NCBI GenBank assembly: GCA_964401115.1
Contig: CAYNXD010000052.1
Location: forward strand, 14-64,013
DNA: 64,000 nucleotides
Source of the DNA: an uncultured Candidatus Poseidoniales archaeon
Lineage (GTDB): Archaea; Thermoplasmatota; Poseidoniia; Poseidoniales; Thalassarchaeaceae
Reading direction: 5' to 3'
Each line of letters opens with the position of its first letter. Within the stretch, counting starts at the first letter, position 1. The notes under the pieces are model-generated. The model saw only the letters and a program-made list of their open reading frames with translations. It did no database searches and was not told where the DNA came from. Below are positions 47,756 through 58,174 of this stretch, one piece after another. Position numbers and translations under genes: made by a program.

Positions 47756-50700
47756 TCATTCTTCCTCATACAATGACGGTGTTGAAGTAATCACTTCGGG
47801 AGGGGGGCCTGCCCATTCAGGCCAATTATCCAGGCCCCAAGGTGGTGGTGGAGGCGTTTCTTCTATTTCCTCTTCATCATCTTCATCCCAATCCTCCTCA
47901 ACACGTTTTGAAATAGCAATTGCCATCACCATTACTGAAATGATTAAAATCAAAAATCCAAAGGCCATTGGAGTATTTATCGATGATAAAAAGGCCTCAC
48001 CTGTGGTTTGTTCTCGCACTAAACCAACAGGTACACTAGTCAAATTATTAGGATTATTATTTAGTACGATATAAAGTTGTAAATCACCAGCACTCCATGC
48101 CTCTACATTGAATGTGAATAGCGCGTGCTGCTGCGGCAATAATGAGATGTTTGTCTCATTAATAGTGATGTATCGGCCCCCATCGCCACTAGATTGCCAA
48201 GTCCACAAACCTACATTCGTCACACCCATATCATTACCTTCATTGTAAACTCGGCCATTGATAGTAAAAATCGTGTCCAGTGTTGGTTGATATGGATTTA
48301 CAGTCAAATCTGAAATAATAGGGTGGAAATAAATGACCCGCAGTTGTGGCATTCTTGGGTCATCTTCACTACCCACTCCAACGAATGAATGACCTGCTAA
48401 GTCTCTACCCTCTACCCACACTACCAAACTATCCCCGGGACTTAGTAACGTGTGATTAATATCGAAATCTATCCGAGTAGAATATGTCCAAATTCCATCA
48501 ATATTCGTTGCTAACGGTAGTTCGGCAACACCATGCATATCTAGAATTTCTACCCCATGCCTTCGGAAGGACCAATGCAAATTTAATGAATTATGATCCA
48601 TTCCACCAACTTCATGAATTTGAATTGTGACCAATTGCTGCGACATTTGATTAGAATTGATTGAACTCAAAGTAGCATTTGGAAAAGCAACTACTGGTGC
48701 GATGGAATCAATTACTAAATCTAGATTCATTGAACTAATTGGGACCGTCGAAACCCCTCCAGACAGCGTAGCAGTCACTTTTGCAACCCCATCATTCCAA
48801 CGAAACTGTGGAACTTGCGTTGTTGTTGTGAATATATGACCCGCACTGAGTTCTACGTCCCAAATCTCTGGTTCGTTTTGGCTATCATCCATACTAATGG
48901 TAACAACCCATTCCCCATCCAGTGTTACATTTTCTTGATTAGCCATATGAATCAGCCGACCTGAGAAATTGAAGCGGTCATCAGGTTGCAAATAGAGTGT
49001 TTGCTCTACTAAACCAACACCCGGAGGGGTGAGATCAAATGCCTGATCAAGAACTAAACCAGCCCTACCATCTGTTGTCCAAGCAAGATGGTTCAAAGTG
49101 CCACCCCCTAGCTCCAATAATTGACCATGTTCAACAATAGAAATACTCGGTGCTTGTGGAGTCAAATTCCATGATTGAGGGGCATCCGCCCCTATACGAA
49201 ATTGAATTGCCACATTGTACGAACCGCCTGCAAGTTCTGAGATCGTTACTCCAAGTGGAATTATTGGTGATGCTTCATTTACAGCAATTTCACCAGATAA
49301 CGGAGTAATCCAAATATCACCAAGAGGGTCCCCGGTTGCGAGATTTACGGAAATGTTGTCAAGTGAGATGATTCCATTACCATCTGATAATGAGAACGAA
49401 ATTTCATGTGTAGTCCCCACAAGCAGATTATCACCCCACCTATCTATTCGAATAGAGGGTAGTGAGAGTATTGTAGGGAGGTCCGCTTGCGTGGTGATCG
49501 TTGCCATATCATTATCTAAACCGGGTCCACCACCTTGCTCAACCGGATGGCCCGCTAAATCAGTCCCCGTCACATACAGAGATACCCTGCCCATCTCTCC
49601 ATTTCCAATTAAATCGATTGCAGGGAAATCTACTCTTACAGTACCCTGTGCCTTCATAGGAGTAATTTGTCTAGAAATTGAGTATTCCCAATCATCAGCC
49701 TCAGAGTCGCCATCGACATCATCAATCCCTTCCCTCCAAACACGGAGTTCCAATGGCCCTCCAAACGATTCGGTTTCAGTGACTTCTACAGAAATTGGTA
49801 ACAAACGATCTTCTGGCCAAACGTTTCCATCTGCTAATCTAACACCACTAGGGGTATGTACCATCAACGGAGATAGAATTGGTGGATTGGAATCTATCAT
49901 CAAAGTCACTGGCGTTCTATCTTTTGTTTCATCTGTTGCACCATTTAGAGAAACGCCGCTAGGACCTGGCCTAAGTATCCATGATGTTAGGTTAATTTCA
50001 CCACTGTTTTCATTGAGAGTTACTGTTGCATTCCAGTATCCATCTTCGCCACTCAAAGCTGCAACTTGGTAATCAGAAGATGCCCCCTCAATTTGAATTG
50101 TGACCAAGAAATTATCATTTGATGGCCGCATATTTGAATCTTCAAAACGGACCGTGCCCGATACTTTAACCAAAGAACCGGAGGCTATCTCAAATGGATA
50201 AGATGGAGATTGACGAGTAGAAAGAAGACGATTGTCAGCACCCCTGACTTCCCAAGAATCTATCTCCATGTCATTTTCAACCGCTTTGGAAACCGTTCCA
50301 ATTCTGACATTATCAGCAGGTAAATGTTCCCCATTAATCCCCCATGATTCTGCTGAGATATCTATCCAGTCAACATCATCCCAGCCCCATTCAGTTTGTA
50401 ATTCCCACTTAATTCGCCAGCCATTATCAATTTGCATAACTGAACTAGCTGTAGAATTTATTGAGATTTGGCCACCACCCCCATATTGGTAGAATACCCC
50501 CCCAGAATCTAGATTTTCTGCTTCAAAGGTGATCAAGAAACCTTCTTGGGTTAGGAGTGAAAGATTTGCGCGCACAAGTTCATCTGCTGAAAACAAATGT
50601 GTGTGCTCTGTAGTTATGATTGTCTTCCTATCAGGTAACCAAGTCTGGGGAACTGATACGACTTCATTGACGATTAGTGGTTCGTGCTCTACACCGCCCC

Positions 50701-53700
50701 ACAAAGAGACACCACCTGCTTCAGCAGTCACCGTTACCGGGATTTCATGCATACCATTTACTGCTGATGTAGAATTCATTGACGAAGAAATTGTTTGGCC
50801 GAGATTAGATATGTTCTCCTTCAAAATATAATTGATTCCGTAAATTATAATCTGTGTTGGGCCAGTTGAATCTAAGGAAATTGGAACTTGTTTCCAATCT
50901 CTTGAATCATTAGGCCATTGATTGGCAGCCAAATTGTTGATTGATTGAATTACTCCTGAATTAAGAGGGACCATTAATCCAATATCATTGGGTAACGTTT
51001 GTTGATTCAGAAGTAATGAACCACCAATTGAAAGGTTTAGAATCACAGATTGTTGATTGGTTTGAACCCCAACCAGACCCCCTGTAACAATTGCCCCCTC
51101 TGGAATTAGAAGGTGCGCGGGGTTCTGATTATTAGATTGGATATCTACTGTTGCCGCCCTTGAATTGGAATTCATCAGAGAATCCTGCCAACCTAGTTGG
51201 CCACGCCCATCATTTCCTTCAGAAAATGCCCATTCTATTGAGCCATCATTTCCAACATCAACAGAGACATTCAGCCCTGGTTGTAATAATCTCCCTTTGA
51301 CTTGGAGTGACTGTAGCCATGCTCCTGGTTGCAAGTTAATCTGAATTCTGTATGCAGTTAGTGGAGTGTTTCTCTGCACTGTTACGTTGCTCAATGCTCC
51401 ACTGTAAAATGGGACATCCCTCTCGTCTAGAAGTGTAACGATGGTTCCCAAACCGTAACCAGAGATATCGAAGGAACGTATTGGATTGTTGCCATAAATA
51501 AGTGGCCCTAAAATTGAACTTGTGGATAAACTAGGGTTCGTCAAATTACCAGATGATTTATTCAACTCTAATGATGGAGATACCGTCCAACCGTTAGTTG
51601 CATCTCTAGCTGAAAAAATGCCAACTGCACCAAGATATAATCCGTGAATCGTGGGTGTTAGTTGAGGGATGTCTGTGCCCATTTCTAATTTTATTCTCAT
51701 CTTAGAATCAAGCGCACCCGGTAATGGAATTACAGGGAAGCTTAGATTTTCCATCCCTGGTGCAACGGAACCATTTTCGTACAACAAAGTACAACGTATC
51801 CATGTCCCGTTTGGAACTGTTGCATCTACGTCGATTGCCCCCATACTACCCCTATTCGTGTCAATTGGATCGGATATCCAAGTACCATGCTCTTCAAACC
51901 AATCAACATAGAGACCTACGTCATCAAGATACCAACCGTCTGATTCCAAGAACTGATCTGTAAAGAATGAAAATCTAAGGCGAATACCTTGACCACTAAA
52001 TTGGGTTACATCTGCTTGTTTGGTTTCCCATGATTTGTTAACACCCGTACCTCTTTGACCATTACATGTGGGTACTGAATTGCTGCCATCAAAAGCCCAT
52101 AAATTGTATATCTCTGAGTATGGATTCATGGTTTGCCTAGAATCATAGAAATTTGGTTCATTAGCACCGTAAGGAATCCAATTGCGTCCGTCATCATTGG
52201 AAATGTACAGCACCCCCCCATCCCAATACTGCTCAGCACAAACAAATTGTTTGAAGGAAATTCTAGCATGACTATTTGCAGGAACGTTAAATGTTGGAGA
52301 GATTAGATGTGTCCAAGTGTCTGGACGATACAATCCCCCGAATTCAATTCCAGCATAATGCGAACCGTTCGCAGGAGCATCTGGGCCGTAATTCCATGTG
52401 TTATTATGTGAGCGGAATTCCCAACCTTCTCCCCTAATAGTATCTATTCTCCACCCTTCTGGTAAAAGTGGGGCATCTTCAAATGAATCTACTTGAAAAC
52501 TCGGTCCATTGATTCCGTAAAAAGGTAAATATTGCCACTCGTCATATCCATTCCCAATACTTCCATGGTATGCATTGCCATCATTAATATCTGAGAAATT
52601 TAGGTTTAGGTGAGTTGTCTGATTACCAGCTGTTCCAGAAGTCACGATTACATCATCTATGAACAACCCTTCAGGTGGGTTCATCGTTAATCCGCCATAA
52701 CCAGTTCCGGGAAAATTGTCGGTCTCAATATTTACCCTCAAGAATACTGATGAGTTCCCTGCTAGTGTTTGAGGAAGTGGATGAGAGAGGTGTCTCCAAC
52801 CATTTGAATCATCTACATATCTCACCCCACCGATAACAACTCCGAATCCAGGCATATCTGCAGAGAATGAATTCCAAGTGAAATTATTGATAGACCATTC
52901 CCATCGGAAATTGTCATAAATGTCCCCTTCCATGTCAAAATCTGCAGCATAATCTAACATTATTGGACCACTTGCATTTGAAAGATTAACTTCGAATGAA
53001 AGAAATGAAGAGGAGCCATCAAAATAAGGGCCGGTCAAATTACCATGAAACCATGCACCTGCATCAGCACCAGAATTTGTTAGATTTAGATTATCTATAA
53101 ACCAACCAGGGCGCTGTACCGTTGAGTTCAAATCAGTCCAAGCAACAAAACGGAAGCGAACTGTACTAGCATTTGCAATTCCTGGATAATTGTCGAGATG
53201 GAAAACTGCCTGTTGCCAGCCTGTTGCATTGGGTGAAGCCCACACTTCAAAATTTGAGCCCCCACTGCCATTGGGTGATGGGGCCGCTGAATTTATTCGA
53301 TTGTTGTATCCTCCTTCTGGAGTGATGTAACTCCATGATTGGCCTCCATCAGTACTCATCTCAACCCAAACCCCATCAGCATTACCTGAACCAATTGAAG
53401 GAGTATACATGTGATGCCAATGTGAAAATGTTAGATTGAAACCGTTAATGACTGGTGGAACGTAAAAATCTGGTGAATCTATCCAAGTGTGGACTCCATT
53501 GGGCAATGACTGATCTGCCATTGTGGCAATTATGTAGCGGCCGGTTACAGCACCAATAGGGATTAAACCCCCGCTAGATTCTCTTGCAGAACCATTCAAT
53601 TGACCAGGGATTCCGAGCATATCACTTACTTCCCAGACCCCTGGCGTACCCCCTGTGGTCCAATCTTGCAAAGTACGTGTTAGAGATTCAAAATCATTGA

Positions 53701-54115
53701 TTCTACCTACTGAATGATTCGAATCTAAACTCAATGCACCATCAAAAAATTCAGTTGTTGTAGAATTCCATAAACCCCAACTAAAATTCAGTTTGCCTTG
53801 TGCCCCTTCTTCCCAAACAATACCAGTACCTAAATCTGAATTACTTGCTTCACCAACTTCAAGCCAAGCATCCAAAATTGTTTCACCCTCTGGTATTGAA
53901 AAACCTGTTATTGTAGTATTCCCCCCATTACCACCCAGGTCTGCTACGATTGGCCCTGACCAATTAGATAGAGTAGATGAAGCAAAAGGTGTCATAGGTG
54001 TTAGAATGAAAATTAAGACGATGAAAAATGAGCGCCTCGACATCGAATTACGCAACATAGGTCTGCCTCCGCACAATCCTGTGTGCCCTTTCTTGGTTTG
54101 AATGCTATCCAACAA
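47756..54115 (-). CDS. giant (2119 aa) secreted, C-terminally TM-anchored surface protein with Asp-box/BNR repeats and many N-glycosylation sequons; candidate S-layer/adhesin
   Basis: Signal-like N-terminus RRSFFIVLIFILTPMTPFASS; Asp-box motifs MSTDGGQSWSY and SNDDGRNW; abundant NxS/T; C-terminal TM AFGFLILIISVMVMAIAI then KR and acidic/Pro/Trp tail. Confidence 0.6.
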   Translation of the reverse strand: MLDSIQTKKGHTGLCGGRPMLRNSMSRRSFFIVLIFILTPMTPFASSTLSNWSGPIVADLGGNGGNTTITGFSIPEGETILDAWLEVGEASNSDLGTGIVWEEGAQGKLNFSWGLWNSTTTEFFDGALSLDSNHSVGRINDFESLTRTLQDWTTGGTPGVWEVSDMLGIPGQLNGSARESSGGLIPIGAVTGRYIIATMADQSLPNGVHTWIDSPDFYVPPVINGFNLTFSHWHHMYTPSIGSGNADGVWVEMSTDGGQSWSYITPEGGYNNRINSAAPSPNGSGGSNFEVWASPNATGWQQAVFHLDNYPGIANASTVRFRFVAWTDLNSTVQRPGWFIDNLNLTNSGADAGAWFHGNLTGPYFDGSSSFLSFEVNLSNASGPIMLDYAADFDMEGDIYDNFRWEWSINNFTWNSFSADMPGFGVVIGGVRYVDDSNGWRHLSHPLPQTLAGNSSVFLRVNIETDNFPGTGYGGLTMNPPEGLFIDDVIVTSGTAGNQTTHLNLNFSDINDGNAYHGSIGNGYDEWQYLPFYGINGPSFQVDSFEDAPLLPEGWRIDTIRGEGWEFRSHNNTWNYGPDAPANGSHYAGIEFGGLYRPDTWTHLISPTFNVPANSHARISFKQFVCAEQYWDGGVLYISNDDGRNWIPYGANEPNFYDSRQTMNPYSEIYNLWAFDGSNSVPTCNGQRGTGVNKSWETKQADVTQFSGQGIRLRFSFFTDQFLESDGWYLDDVGLYVDWFEEHGTWISDPIDTNRGSMGAIDVDATVPNGTWIRCTLLYENGSVAPGMENLSFPVIPLPGALDSKMRIKLEMGTDIPQLTPTIHGLYLGAVGIFSARDATNGWTVSPSLELNKSSGNLTNPSLSTSSILGPLIYGNNPIRSFDISGYGLGTIVTLLDERDVPFYSGALSNVTVQRNTPLTAYRIQINLQPGAWLQSLQVKGRLLQPGLNVSVDVGNDGSIEWAFSEGNDGRGQLGWQDSLMNSNSRAATVDIQSNNQNPAHLLIPEGAIVTGGLVGVQTNQQSVILNLSIGGSLLLNQQTLPNDIGLMVPLNSGVIQSINNLAANQWPNDSRDWKQVPISLDSTGPTQIIIYGINYILKENISNLGQTISSSMNSTSAVNGMHEIPVTVTAEAGGVSLWGGVEHEPLIVNEVVSVPQTWLPDRKTIITTEHTHLFSADELVRANLSLLTQEGFLITFEAENLDSGGVFYQYGGGGQISINSTASSVMQIDNGWRIKWELQTEWGWDDVDWIDISAESWGINGEHLPADNVRIGTVSKAVENDMEIDSWEVRGADNRLLSTRQSPSYPFEIASGSLVKVSGTVRFEDSNMRPSNDNFLVTIQIEGASSDYQVAALSGEDGYWNATVTLNENSGEINLTSWILRPGPSGVSLNGATDETKDRTPVTLMIDSNPPILSPLMVHTPSGVRLADGNVWPEDRLLPISVEVTETESFGGPLELRVWREGIDDVDGDSEADDWEYSISRQITPMKAQGTVRVDFPAIDLIGNGEMGRVSLYVTGTDLAGHPVEQGGGPGLDNDMATITTQADLPTILSLPSIRIDRWGDNLLVGTTHEISFSLSDGNGIISLDNISVNLATGDPLGDIWITPLSGEIAVNEASPIIPLGVTISELAGGSYNVAIQFRIGADAPQSWNLTPQAPSISIVEHGQLLELGGGTLNHLAWTTDGRAGLVLDQAFDLTPPGVGLVEQTLYLQPDDRFNFSGRLIHMANQENVTLDGEWVVTISMDDSQNEPEIWDVELSAGHIFTTTTQVPQFRWNDGVAKVTATLSGGVSTVPISSMNLDLVIDSIAPVVAFPNATLSSINSNQMSQQLVTIQIHEVGGMDHNSLNLHWSFRRHGVEILDMHGVAELPLATNIDGIWTYSTRIDFDINHTLLSPGDSLVVWVEGRDLAGHSFVGVGSEDDPRMPQLRVIYFHPIISDLTVNPYQPTLDTIFTINGRVYNEGNDMGVTNVGLWTWQSSGDGGRYITINETNISLLPQQHALFTFNVEAWSAGDLQLYIVLNNNPNNLTSVPVGLVREQTTGEAFLSSINTPMAFGFLILIISVMVMAIAISKRVEEDWDEDDEEEIEETPPPPPWGLDNWPEWAGPPPEVITSTPSLYEEE

Positions 54116-54199
54116 CGGGCGAACTATTCGTCATAAACAAAGAATCGAAGTGAAGCATTCTTAGGATGTCCATTAGCAGGGGGGTTCCGGGCGACCTAA

Positions 54200-55126
54200 A
54201 TGGAGAGTGAGGCGGGTGATATCACGCGGGTTAGTGCTGCACAATTGCAAGCCATTGAAAACCAACTTTTCAGTTTAGTTAGGCAACAAGCAAAGCGCAA
54301 TCACCCAATTGAATTGCCACGCCCAGACTTTTGGACTCAAGTCTCAGTCCTACTTACCAGCATAGATACTGAACTTGCTGAAATTGGGAAAAATGAAGGT
54401 TGGAGTGTTAAGGCGGTCAATCTAAGCAGAAGACAAGGAAATGTCAGAAGAGCTGTTGCAGATCTCACACAACATCGACTAACATCATTTGTTAGGCACG
54501 CTTCAGCAGATAATCTGACTTTGGCACCTCTAGGTGATGCTCTAGGTGAAACAAAAAAGAATCTTGCACCACTTGATTGGCAGAGACATGATGTCTCGGA
54601 AAGAGCTTTTTACGAAGGATTGAATGAATTGATTGAGAAATATAAGCACCAAGTTTCATGGAATGTATTGCAGCAAGGACTTCTTGCAGAAGTAGAGAAT
54701 ACTCCTACAGTTAAGCCAGGAACTACTCAATTGGACTCATTTGTGGAACAAGATGGGGGTCTAACTGGACAAGGGCCACCTAAAATTAAGGTTGAAGAAT
54801 CCGAGAAGCCCCCGTATGACGATCCTGATGAAGATGAAGAAGATAGGATTGCTAGAATGAGCGCCTACCCTACATCAGGAATGTTGGCAAATGATCTTCC
54901 TTCCAATTCAGCGAGTGAAAGTACAACTACTTCTAGTGAAGAAAATGATGAACAAACTCAGAACAAGGATTTGATTCGAATCAAAATATTACAAGATCTC
55001 CCTGAGCCAATTATTGATGCTGAAGGAAATGAATTGGAATTGATGTCAGGAGATATTGAATTCTGCGATTCAGACTATGCTTCTGGACTAATTGCTGCAG
55101 GATTAGCAGAAAAGGCAAGCCTCTGA
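54200..55126 (+). CDS. GINS-like replication protein (Gins51-type A and B domains separated by long acidic/Ser-Thr linker), tentative
   Basis: N-terminal helical segment with LPRPDFWTQV (cf. GINS A-domain LPEDFYERV) and C-terminal IRIKILQDLPEPIIDAEGNELELMSGDIEFCDSDYASGLIAAGLAE resembling Gins51 B-domain; recalled from family knowledge, not searched. Confidence 0.4.
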   Translation: MESEAGDITRVSAAQLQAIENQLFSLVRQQAKRNHPIELPRPDFWTQVSVLLTSIDTELAEIGKNEGWSVKAVNLSRRQGNVRRAVADLTQHRLTSFVRHASADNLTLAPLGDALGETKKNLAPLDWQRHDVSERAFYEGLNELIEKYKHQVSWNVLQQGLLAEVENTPTVKPGTTQLDSFVEQDGGLTGQGPPKIKVEESEKPPYDDPDEDEEDRIARMSAYPTSGMLANDLPSNSASESTTTSSEENDEQTQNKDLIRIKILQDLPEPIIDAEGNELELMSGDIEFCDSDYASGLIAAGLAEKASL

Positions 55127-55156
55127 TTGAAAACAATCAATCATTAAGATTTGATT

Positions 55157-55489
55157 CTAAGTTACATTTCGTAATGTAATTTCAATCGTTACTGTATCAG
55201 GTATTTCCAACCCATGTACGACTCTTTGTAGCACAGCTTCGTCCTTAGCAGAATTAATCTCCAACTCAATTAGGCGCTTGTGTACTCTCATCTCCCAGTG
55301 GTCCCAAGTTTCACAACCCTCACCATCTGGACTTTTTCGGCACGGAACTACAAGACGTCGTGTAGGTAGAGGGATTGGACCCCTCATCGATACACCAGTC
55401 TGTTCTGAAATATTCTTAATTCCACTACAGAGTGAGTCAACATGCTCGTGATTTAGCCCTGTGACTTTGATAGCAGTGATGCTTGCCAT
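55157..55489 (-). CDS. rps10: 30S ribosomal protein S10
   Basis: TGVSMRGPIPLPTRRLVV...EMRVHKRLIELE is the S10 signature; immediately downstream of EF-1alpha as in most archaea. Confidence 0.85.
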   Translation of the reverse strand: MASITAIKVTGLNHEHVDSLCSGIKNISEQTGVSMRGPIPLPTRRLVVPCRKSPDGEGCETWDHWEMRVHKRLIELEINSAKDEAVLQRVVHGLEIPDTVTIEITLRNVT

Positions 55490-55530
55490 GAGGATACCCA
55501 ACCTGAATTGTTATCCTTTGCTATTTGCAA

Positions 55531-56820
55531 TCACTTCTTCTCAATCTTCATGCACACGCCGGCGGCCACGGTCTTACCCATGTCACGGATAGCGAATCGA
55601 GATAGTTCAGGGAACGTATCTGCCTGCTCAATCGCCATTGGCTTAGTTGGTGCAAAGCGAACTAGACATGCATCTCCGGTTACTAGGAAGTCAGGGTTAG
55701 CTGTCTTCTCACCTTTGGCTGTCTTCTCTAGCAACTCAGCAAAACGAACTGCAACTTGAGCTGTATGTGCGTGGAATACTGGTGTGTATCCAGCACCAAT
55801 CGCCTTTGGAATATCCATCAATTGAATTTGACCAATGAAGGTCTCGTCGTGACGAACATACATTGGAGGGTTGTCGGTGTAACCGGCAACGGCACCACGG
55901 CGAATATCAGTAGCTGATAGCCCACGAACGTTGAATCCAACGTTGTCACCTGGCTCTGCACGATCTACAACAGTGTGGTGCATCTCGATTGACTTAACTT
56001 CAGCAGACTCCTCGCTCGGATTGAACTGAACTGTCTTTCCTGAGTGTAGAATTCCAGTCTCAACCTTACCGACTGGAACTGTACCAATTCCGCCAATCTT
56101 GTATACGTCCTGAATAGGCAATCGTAGTGGTTTATCAACTGGCTTTGGAGGCATCTGAACTGCATCAATTGCTTCAAAGAGGGTCTTTCCACTATACCAA
56201 GACATGTTTTCAGTCTTGTTGAAGATGTTGTCTCCAGCAAGAGAACTGCCTGCAATGAAGGTAACCTTTGAAGGGTCAAATCCTGCCATCTTAAGCAAGT
56301 TACTTACTTCCTCAACAACCTCGTTGTAGCGCTTTTCTGAGTAATCTACACCAGAAATATCCATCTTATTGACATTAACGATTAGTTCCTTAACACCCAA
56401 TACACGAGCTAGGAAAGTGTGCTCCTTAGTCTGAGCATTTACACCATCGTTAGCTGCGACACAAAGAACTGCTGCGTCTGCTTGGCTAGTACCTGTAATC
56501 ATGTTCTTGACGAAATCTCGGTGACCTGGCGCATCAATGACGGTGAAGTAATAGTTAGGAGTGTAGAACTCCTTGTGAGCAACATCGATAGTAATTCCAC
56601 GTTCTCTCTCTTCCTTCAATCCATCCATTACGTAGGCGAATCCGAATCCTGCCTTTCCTCTCTCAGCTGCTTCCTTCTCGAACTTCTCAATTACGTGAGG
56701 TTCGATGTGTCCGCTGTCTAGCATTAAACGACCTACTGTGGTCGATTTGCCGTGGTCTACGTGACCTACGAACACGATATTCAGGTGCGGCTTACTCTTA
56801 TCTTCCCATTGTGAACTCAT
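55531..56820 (-). CDS. tuf: translation elongation factor aEF-1alpha
   Basis: KPHLNIVFVGHVDHGKSTTVGRLM G-domain; start set at ATG 56820 preceded by AGGAGTG (longer listed frame has non-conserved extension). Confidence 0.9.
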   Translation of the reverse strand: MSSQWEDKSKPHLNIVFVGHVDHGKSTTVGRLMLDSGHIEPHVIEKFEKEAAERGKAGFGFAYVMDGLKEERERGITIDVAHKEFYTPNYYFTVIDAPGHRDFVKNMITGTSQADAAVLCVAANDGVNAQTKEHTFLARVLGVKELIVNVNKMDISGVDYSEKRYNEVVEEVSNLLKMAGFDPSKVTFIAGSSLAGDNIFNKTENMSWYSGKTLFEAIDAVQMPPKPVDKPLRLPIQDVYKIGGIGTVPVGKVETGILHSGKTVQFNPSEESAEVKSIEMHHTVVDRAEPGDNVGFNVRGLSATDIRRGAVAGYTDNPPMYVRHDETFIGQIQLMDIPKAIGAGYTPVFHAHTAQVAVRFAELLEKTAKGEKTANPDFLVTGDACLVRFAPTKPMAIEQADTFPELSRFAIRDMGKTVAAGVCMKIEKK

Positions 56821-56932
56821 GGTTATACACTCCTTTGAGTGACTCGGCGAACGACCCCCCCTATTTGAACTACACGCCACCTAACGACCGTAAAAAGAGG
56901 TGTGAAAACGCATAACTGAAAGCCAAATCGCC

Positions 56933-58093
56933 TCATTTATACTTGAGTACAATCTGTAATTCAAGTATTTCTGCGTTGTGTTGTTCAGTATTGAAAACCT
57001 GTACCATCCATTGGCCATCCAAATAGGTGCGGAAATCCCCTGTGCCTGAAGTCATTGTAACACAGTAGTTGTCATCTGAACAATCTGAGTCGGTTTGTTG
57101 CTCATCTGAATTAGCACTGCTGTTACGTACCTCCTCGTCAGTTTGATTGTAGAAATATAGATCCATCCTGTTATCAAGTGGAATACCAAACCCAGCACCG
57201 GGGTCCTCTTTAGGATAGACAAGCCTCGCTTTGAATTGGTTCAACTTGAGCGAATTATCGAGATCATAAATTAGCGGTGCAGTGAATTCTTCCCGGGGAT
57301 TGTCTGCTGAATTATTGCGACCAATCTCAATATCACTCCATTTTGCTCGAGCGTTTACATACACCCATGTATCCTCAGAAGATGTTAATCCTTGATCATC
57401 AGTTACAGTCAATTGAATCTTCCATTCACCAGGAGATACATCCCATTGGTAAGTCTCCCCAGTTGCATCAACATCGTTTGTCTTGTCACCGTCACCATCT
57501 TCGTCTACGTTGATATTTAGATCCCATTTCCAACTGACTATCCAAGATTCTGCGCTTCCTGATTCGCTCTCGGTAGCATCTAGTGAAACAGTAGTTGATG
57601 GGTCCCAATCTCTTTCAGATTCATCCATCGCATCATCACAAATCCAAACGAGAATGTAAGTCCCTGAAGCTGGTGGCGGGTTGTCATCACAATCATCAGC
57701 CTTAGACGTGGCTATGGCCGCTGTAGGCTCTGCAGCATCTTCTGAAAATATCTTCAGAGTCTGTTCTTTTTTGGTCTCAAACTCGCCATCTGATACTGAA
57801 AGAACTACTGTGAAATCACCATCAGTATTGTATGTGTGTGAAGTTGTAAGTCCCGAGGCAGTGTTGGTATCTCCGAAATTCCAAGAATAGGTTAGAGAAT
57901 CACCTTCTGCGTCCGATGAACCTGTCGCATCAAAGTGAAGCAACATACCTACTTTGAGAGTGCCACTTTCCTGTATTGAAAAGGTCGCAGTAGGTGCAGA
58001 ATTTGAGTTAAATGTCTCTAGGCAGCCTGGTGAAATTAGCACGAAAACAAGTAGCATCACAAGAGCCGAGGGGCGCGTAATCAGTCTCTTCAT
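56933..58093 (-). CDS. secreted PKD-domain protein, possible lipoprotein
   Basis: PKD signature HFDATGSSDAEGDSLTYSWNFGDTNTASGLTTSHTYNTDGDFTVVLSVSDG; N-terminal signal with SPGC lipobox-like site. Confidence 0.65.
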   Translation of the reverse strand: MKRLITRPSALVMLLVFVLISPGCLETFNSNSAPTATFSIQESGTLKVGMLLHFDATGSSDAEGDSLTYSWNFGDTNTASGLTTSHTYNTDGDFTVVLSVSDGEFETKKEQTLKIFSEDAAEPTAAIATSKADDCDDNPPPASGTYILVWICDDAMDESERDWDPSTTVSLDATESESGSAESWIVSWKWDLNINVDEDGDGDKTNDVDATGETYQWDVSPGEWKIQLTVTDDQGLTSSEDTWVYVNARAKWSDIEIGRNNSADNPREEFTAPLIYDLDNSLKLNQFKARLVYPKEDPGAGFGIPLDNRMDLYFYNQTDEEVRNSSANSDEQQTDSDCSDDNYCVTMTSGTGDFRTYLDGQWMVQVFNTEQHNAEILELQIVLKYK

Positions 58094-58174
58094 GTCCTAC
58101 GACCACACATCGGTCTGTCATCAACCATTCGGCTAATTGGAAGGAAAGAATTGGTTTCTTTCGCCCGAAAATTA

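Noticed and set aside
49215-50072. 285-aa plus-strand ORF within the giant surface-protein gene
   Set aside because: Antisense to a 6.3-kb continuous ORF with signal peptide, Asp-boxes and a TM anchor; Ser/Pro-rich shadow frame.
56821-56880. 20-aa N-terminal extension of the EF-1alpha frame
   Set aside because: aEF-1alpha begins immediately before KPHLN. The ATG at 56820 has an AGGAGTG ribosome-binding site; the extension is Ser/Arg/Gly-rich and non-conserved.
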